IMG/VR virus record: IMGVR_UViG_3300046786_000270
Span: 1 to 29,445 of that record
DNA: 29,445 bases
DNA from: a virus
Lineage: Duplodnaviria; Caudoviricetes
Direction: 5' to 3' (one strand)
The notes under the pieces are model-generated. The model was given only the letters and a program-made list of their open reading frames with translations. It was not told the origin of the DNA and ran no database searches. Position numbers and translations under genes: made by a program. Position 1 is the stretch's first letter. The number at the start of each line of letters is the position of its first letter. This document shows positions 27,526 to 29,445 of the stretch, in pieces.

Positions 27526-28720
27526 ATGTATATTCTTCGCAATGTTTACTGATACTACTCAATAAATCTAAATTATCTGTTCTCATTCGTAACGTAGACA
27601 TTCTAGGTAATAACTTTATTTCTCCTGGACCATACCATACTCTGACTTTTGGTTGTTCGTAGAAGTCTACTTCGTAGTCAAAGTTGAATGATCCAATATC
27701 ACCGTCTACTACCCAGAAATAGTCAGTACTGCACAACTTGGCAGCTTCAATGTGGTCTTGGTATACGTTTGATGTTCCCTTGATGTATTTTGATTCTGAT
27801 GACTTCGGACCAACACCTTCGTAGTCTATGAAAACAATATCGTATTTTGGTTTAGGATTATTTAAAACAAACGTTTCTGGACTTCGTAACACACAAGGCA
27901 CATTGGATTTATAGTCAATGCTATCATGGTATGATAACACGTTTTTGATGTTCCTATCGTTTGTTTTTACACGAATTAATGTTCCCAAACGATTACACTC
28001 ATCTTCTATATAGTTCCTATACATATCATATAGGTCACTGAACATAGATATAAGATAGTCAACATCATTGATTTTATTGTATTCCCAACCCTTAAGCATT
28101 TGTAAGTATCCATATCTTGCACCATAGATAGCCCAGATTCCGTTCTTAACGTCACTGCCAATATGCATCCAGCGCCAAAGTCGGTCGTAGTTACGCCAAT
28201 CCATTTCTTTATCTAGTGATAATTTGACACTTTCACGCAAGCCTGACCGAAACGCTTGTAGAGGAGAACCATTGATGATAACATCACTACCCGAACGATT
28301 GAGTTCTAGGTAACTTGATAGATTGAAGTCTACAGAGTCCTTACTACCGTTTTCGTGTGTATTCATATCCTTGAGCAGTTGTACCGGCCATACTTTTATG
28401 CCACCGTTACCATACTGACACCCATTGACAGTGTTATATCCACTGAAACTTAAAACAGAAGTACTAAGGTCTGTATTCTGGGTTAATTCTATAGTACTGT
28501 TGTAAAAATCAGACTTGACAAAATTATCACCATCGACTACAATAACGTTTGTTGTTTGAGAAAGTTCCGCGACTTTCTTGTGAGCAGTATCAGAACCTTT
28601 AACACCGTGGACACGCATTGCGTTAGGACATAAAGTTAGTAGGTGTTGATAGTTAGTCTCACAATTAGGTTCGTCATAACTTAAAAAAACAGTATTGTAA
28701 TTTTGGGGGTTAAATAGCAT
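27518..28720 (-). CDS. glycosyltransferase-like protein with duplicated GT-A-like (VVDGD) module
   Basis: VFLSYDEP...HGVKG...AH...VIVVDGDN...YGNGGIK.W, plus a second partial copy DIVFIDYE...H..AA...FWVVDGD...IKLLP. Confidence 0.6.
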   Translation of the reverse strand: MLFNPQNYNTVFLSYDEPNCETNYQHLLTLCPNAMRVHGVKGSDTAHKKVAELSQTTNVIVVDGDNFVKSDFYNSTIELTQNTDLSTSVLSFSGYNTVNGCQYGNGGIKVWPVQLLKDMNTHENGSKDSVDFNLSSYLELNRSGSDVIINGSPLQAFRSGLRESVKLSLDKEMDWRNYDRLWRWMHIGSDVKNGIWAIYGARYGYLQMLKGWEYNKINDVDYLISMFSDLYDMYRNYIEDECNRLGTLIRVKTNDRNIKNVLSYHDSIDYKSNVPCVLRSPETFVLNNPKPKYDIVFIDYEGVGPKSSESKYIKGTSNVYQDHIEAAKLCSTDYFWVVDGDIGSFNFDYEVDFYEQPKVRVWYGPGEIKLLPRMSTLRMRTDNLDLLSSISKHCEEYTYE

Positions 28721-28724
28721 AGAG

Positions 28725-28730
28725 TATTTA
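28725..28730 (-). promoter_or_regulatory. TAAATA late-type promoter box heading the 14-gene minus-strand operon
   Basis: The minus strand reads TTCT-TAAATA-CTCT-ATG: the box is 4 nt before the start codon, with no SD. Confidence 0.5.
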
Positions 28731-28775
28731 AGAATGCCTTTTGTAACTGATAAATATTTCGGGTAAACAAAAGGC

Positions 28776-28804
28776 TTGACGAATAATACAAAGGCTGATA
28801 TACT
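28776..28804 (+). promoter_or_regulatory. sigma70-type promoter TTGACG-N17-TATACT with extended -10 TG
   Basis: -35 at 28776-28781, 17-nt spacer, TGn-TATACT at 28796-28804. Confidence 0.7.
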
Positions 28805-28867
28805 TCATACATGAATTGAGAAAAGGCGCAAAAAAGCGACTTAAAAAGAGAAAATTTTTAACCAGGA

Positions 28868-28874
28868 CTAAATA
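28868..28874 (+). promoter_or_regulatory. CTAAATA late-type box upstream of the leader ORF
   Basis: Ends 7 nt before ATG 28882. A second box, GATAAATA, lies at 28749-28756. Confidence 0.4.
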
Positions 28875-28881
28875 GATTACT

Positions 28882-29058
28882 ATGAAACAATTTAACCATC
28901 AACTGCCAAAACAAGCGAGAGCATGTGCGATAGCACCAGTGTTCGCCGCTATGTCATGGGCATTTGAGGGCTATAATACACCTAGTATTACACGCGGCAA
29001 TGATGACCAAGGGTTAGCTAGGGGCTTCATAGAAGGAGAAAAGATTCCAAGAATCTAA
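28882..29058 (+). CDS. 58-aa putative leader peptide (not in the supplied ORF track)
   Basis: MKQFNHQLPKQARACAIAPVFAAMSWAFEGYNTPSITRGNDDQGLARGFIEGEKIPRI*. Its 3' end overlaps the antiterminator arm. Confidence 0.55.
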   Translation: MKQFNHQLPKQARACAIAPVFAAMSWAFEGYNTPSITRGNDDQGLARGFIEGEKIPRI

Positions 29059-29086
29059 TCTCAAACAGAATCTAAGAAGCCCCTGG
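29018..29086 (+). promoter_or_regulatory. antiterminator-like long hairpin
   Basis: CTAGGGGCTTCATAGA (29018-29033) pairs with TCTAAGAAGCCCCTGG (29071-29086) at 15/16 positions including one G-U. Inner stems GAGA/TCTC and AGATTC/GAATCT. Confidence 0.6.
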
Positions 29087-29118
29087 GAAAACTAAAAAGT
29101 TCTCAGGGGTTTTTGTTT
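29077..29118 (+). terminator. Rho-independent terminator
   Basis: Stem GCCCCTGGGAA (29079-29089) / TTCTCAGGGGT (29100-29110), followed by TTTTGTTT. Confidence 0.8.
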
Positions 29119-29145
29119 ATGTAGCGTAAAAACAACAATAAGGAT

Positions 29146-29174
29146 TTGACAGAAATTGAAAAGTAAATTACAAT
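29146..29174 (+). promoter_or_regulatory. sigma70-type promoter TTGACA-N17-TACAAT
   Basis: Perfect -35 (29146-29151), 17-nt spacer, -10 TACAAT (29169-29174). Confidence 0.65.
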
Positions 29175-29308
29175 CTGGCACTTCTGATAAAGTTGAATGG
29201 TTCAAGAATCATTCGCTAACAGAGGAAGACAGAAAGAAATTGATTGAGGAAAAGCTCAATCGTGCTATGAAATTTGCAGTTGCCTCAAAAGCAACTAAGA
29301 AAAAGTAA
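29156..29308 (+). CDS. 50-aa basic helical hypothetical protein
   Basis: TTG start with AAGGA 11 nt upstream: MKSKLQSGTSDKVEWFKNHSLTEEDRKKLIEEKLNRAMKFAVASKATKKK*. Confidence 0.4.
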   Translation: MKSKLQSGTSDKVEWFKNHSLTEEDRKKLIEEKLNRAMKFAVASKATKKK

Positions 29309-29319
29309 TAGCAAGCGTG

Positions 29320-29445
29320 AATAGGTAACGAGAACCGTAATACAGCGCAAAATGTATAGAATGGGCGGACAGTCGGATGAACGTCAGGCGATAACTGACA
29401 AGTATAAATGACTGGTTAGGGTATAACCCTAACATAGCGTAGCAA
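29320..29445 (+). ncRNA. candidate structured RNA (multi-hairpin), may continue beyond the window
   Basis: ATACA/TGTAT (29340-29357); CAGTC/GACTG (29370-29374/29410-29414) enclosing GTCAG/CTGAC (29383-29399); GTTAGGG/CCCTAAC (29415-29433). No ORF. Confidence 0.4.

Noticed and set aside
28811-28819. ATG-AAT-TGA minigene after the sigma70 promoter
   Set aside because: Two codons only, and cannot be distinguished from chance at a transcription start.
20282-29058. RiPP precursor role for the 71-aa (20282) or 58-aa (28882) ORFs
   Set aside because: No recognisable leader/core pattern, PqqD/RRE domain, peptidase or exporter in the window. The 58-aa ORF is better explained by the attenuator geometry, though a precursor role is not strictly excluded.
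29310-29445. tRNA or hammerhead ribozyme at the right end
   Set aside because: No TTCGA T-loop or cloverleaf. GGATGA is not the CUGAUGA core and no correctly placed GAAA is present.
1-29445. CRISPR array, IS element, tandem repeats or stop-codon reassignment
   Set aside because: No repeat-spacer periodicity or transposase motifs seen. Genes are intact and tile densely in the standard code, using TAA, TGA and TAG as stops.

Overview
Window from an AT-rich, large T4-like (myovirus-type) bacteriophage genome, read in the standard code. From 1 to 10.8 kb on the + strand: a methyltransferase-like gene and two glycosyltransferases, a degenerate transglutaminase/BTLCP-like protein, class Ia ribonucleotide reductase (nrdA and nrdB, separated by a secreted 12-Cys protein), glutaredoxin, a PAAR spike tip, a 742-aa putative virion protein and a SleB-type cell-wall hydrolase. 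From about 10.8 to 28.7 kb lies an ~18-kb cluster of tailoring enzymes, unusual for a phage. It holds six radical-SAM/twitch-SPASM enzymes, two glycosyltransferase-like genes, an ANL acyl-adenylate ligase, a QueC-like PP-loop ATPase, a PLP enzyme, two 2OG/Fe cupins, an SDR-like protein, SAM methyltransferase-like genes, an SGNH hydrolase, a GNAT-like protein and two paralogous kinase-like proteins. The cluster is arranged as tightly overlapping operons. Three of them start at TAAATA (T4-late-like) boxes a few nt before the start codon, two of these from a palindromic bidirectional element in a 12-bp spacer. The right end is a divergent control region with sigma70 promoters, a 58-aa leader ORF coupled to mutually exclusive antiterminator/terminator hairpins, a 50-aa ORF and a multi-hairpin candidate ncRNA running off the window. 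All functional calls come from motif recognition by eye; no database searches were run.
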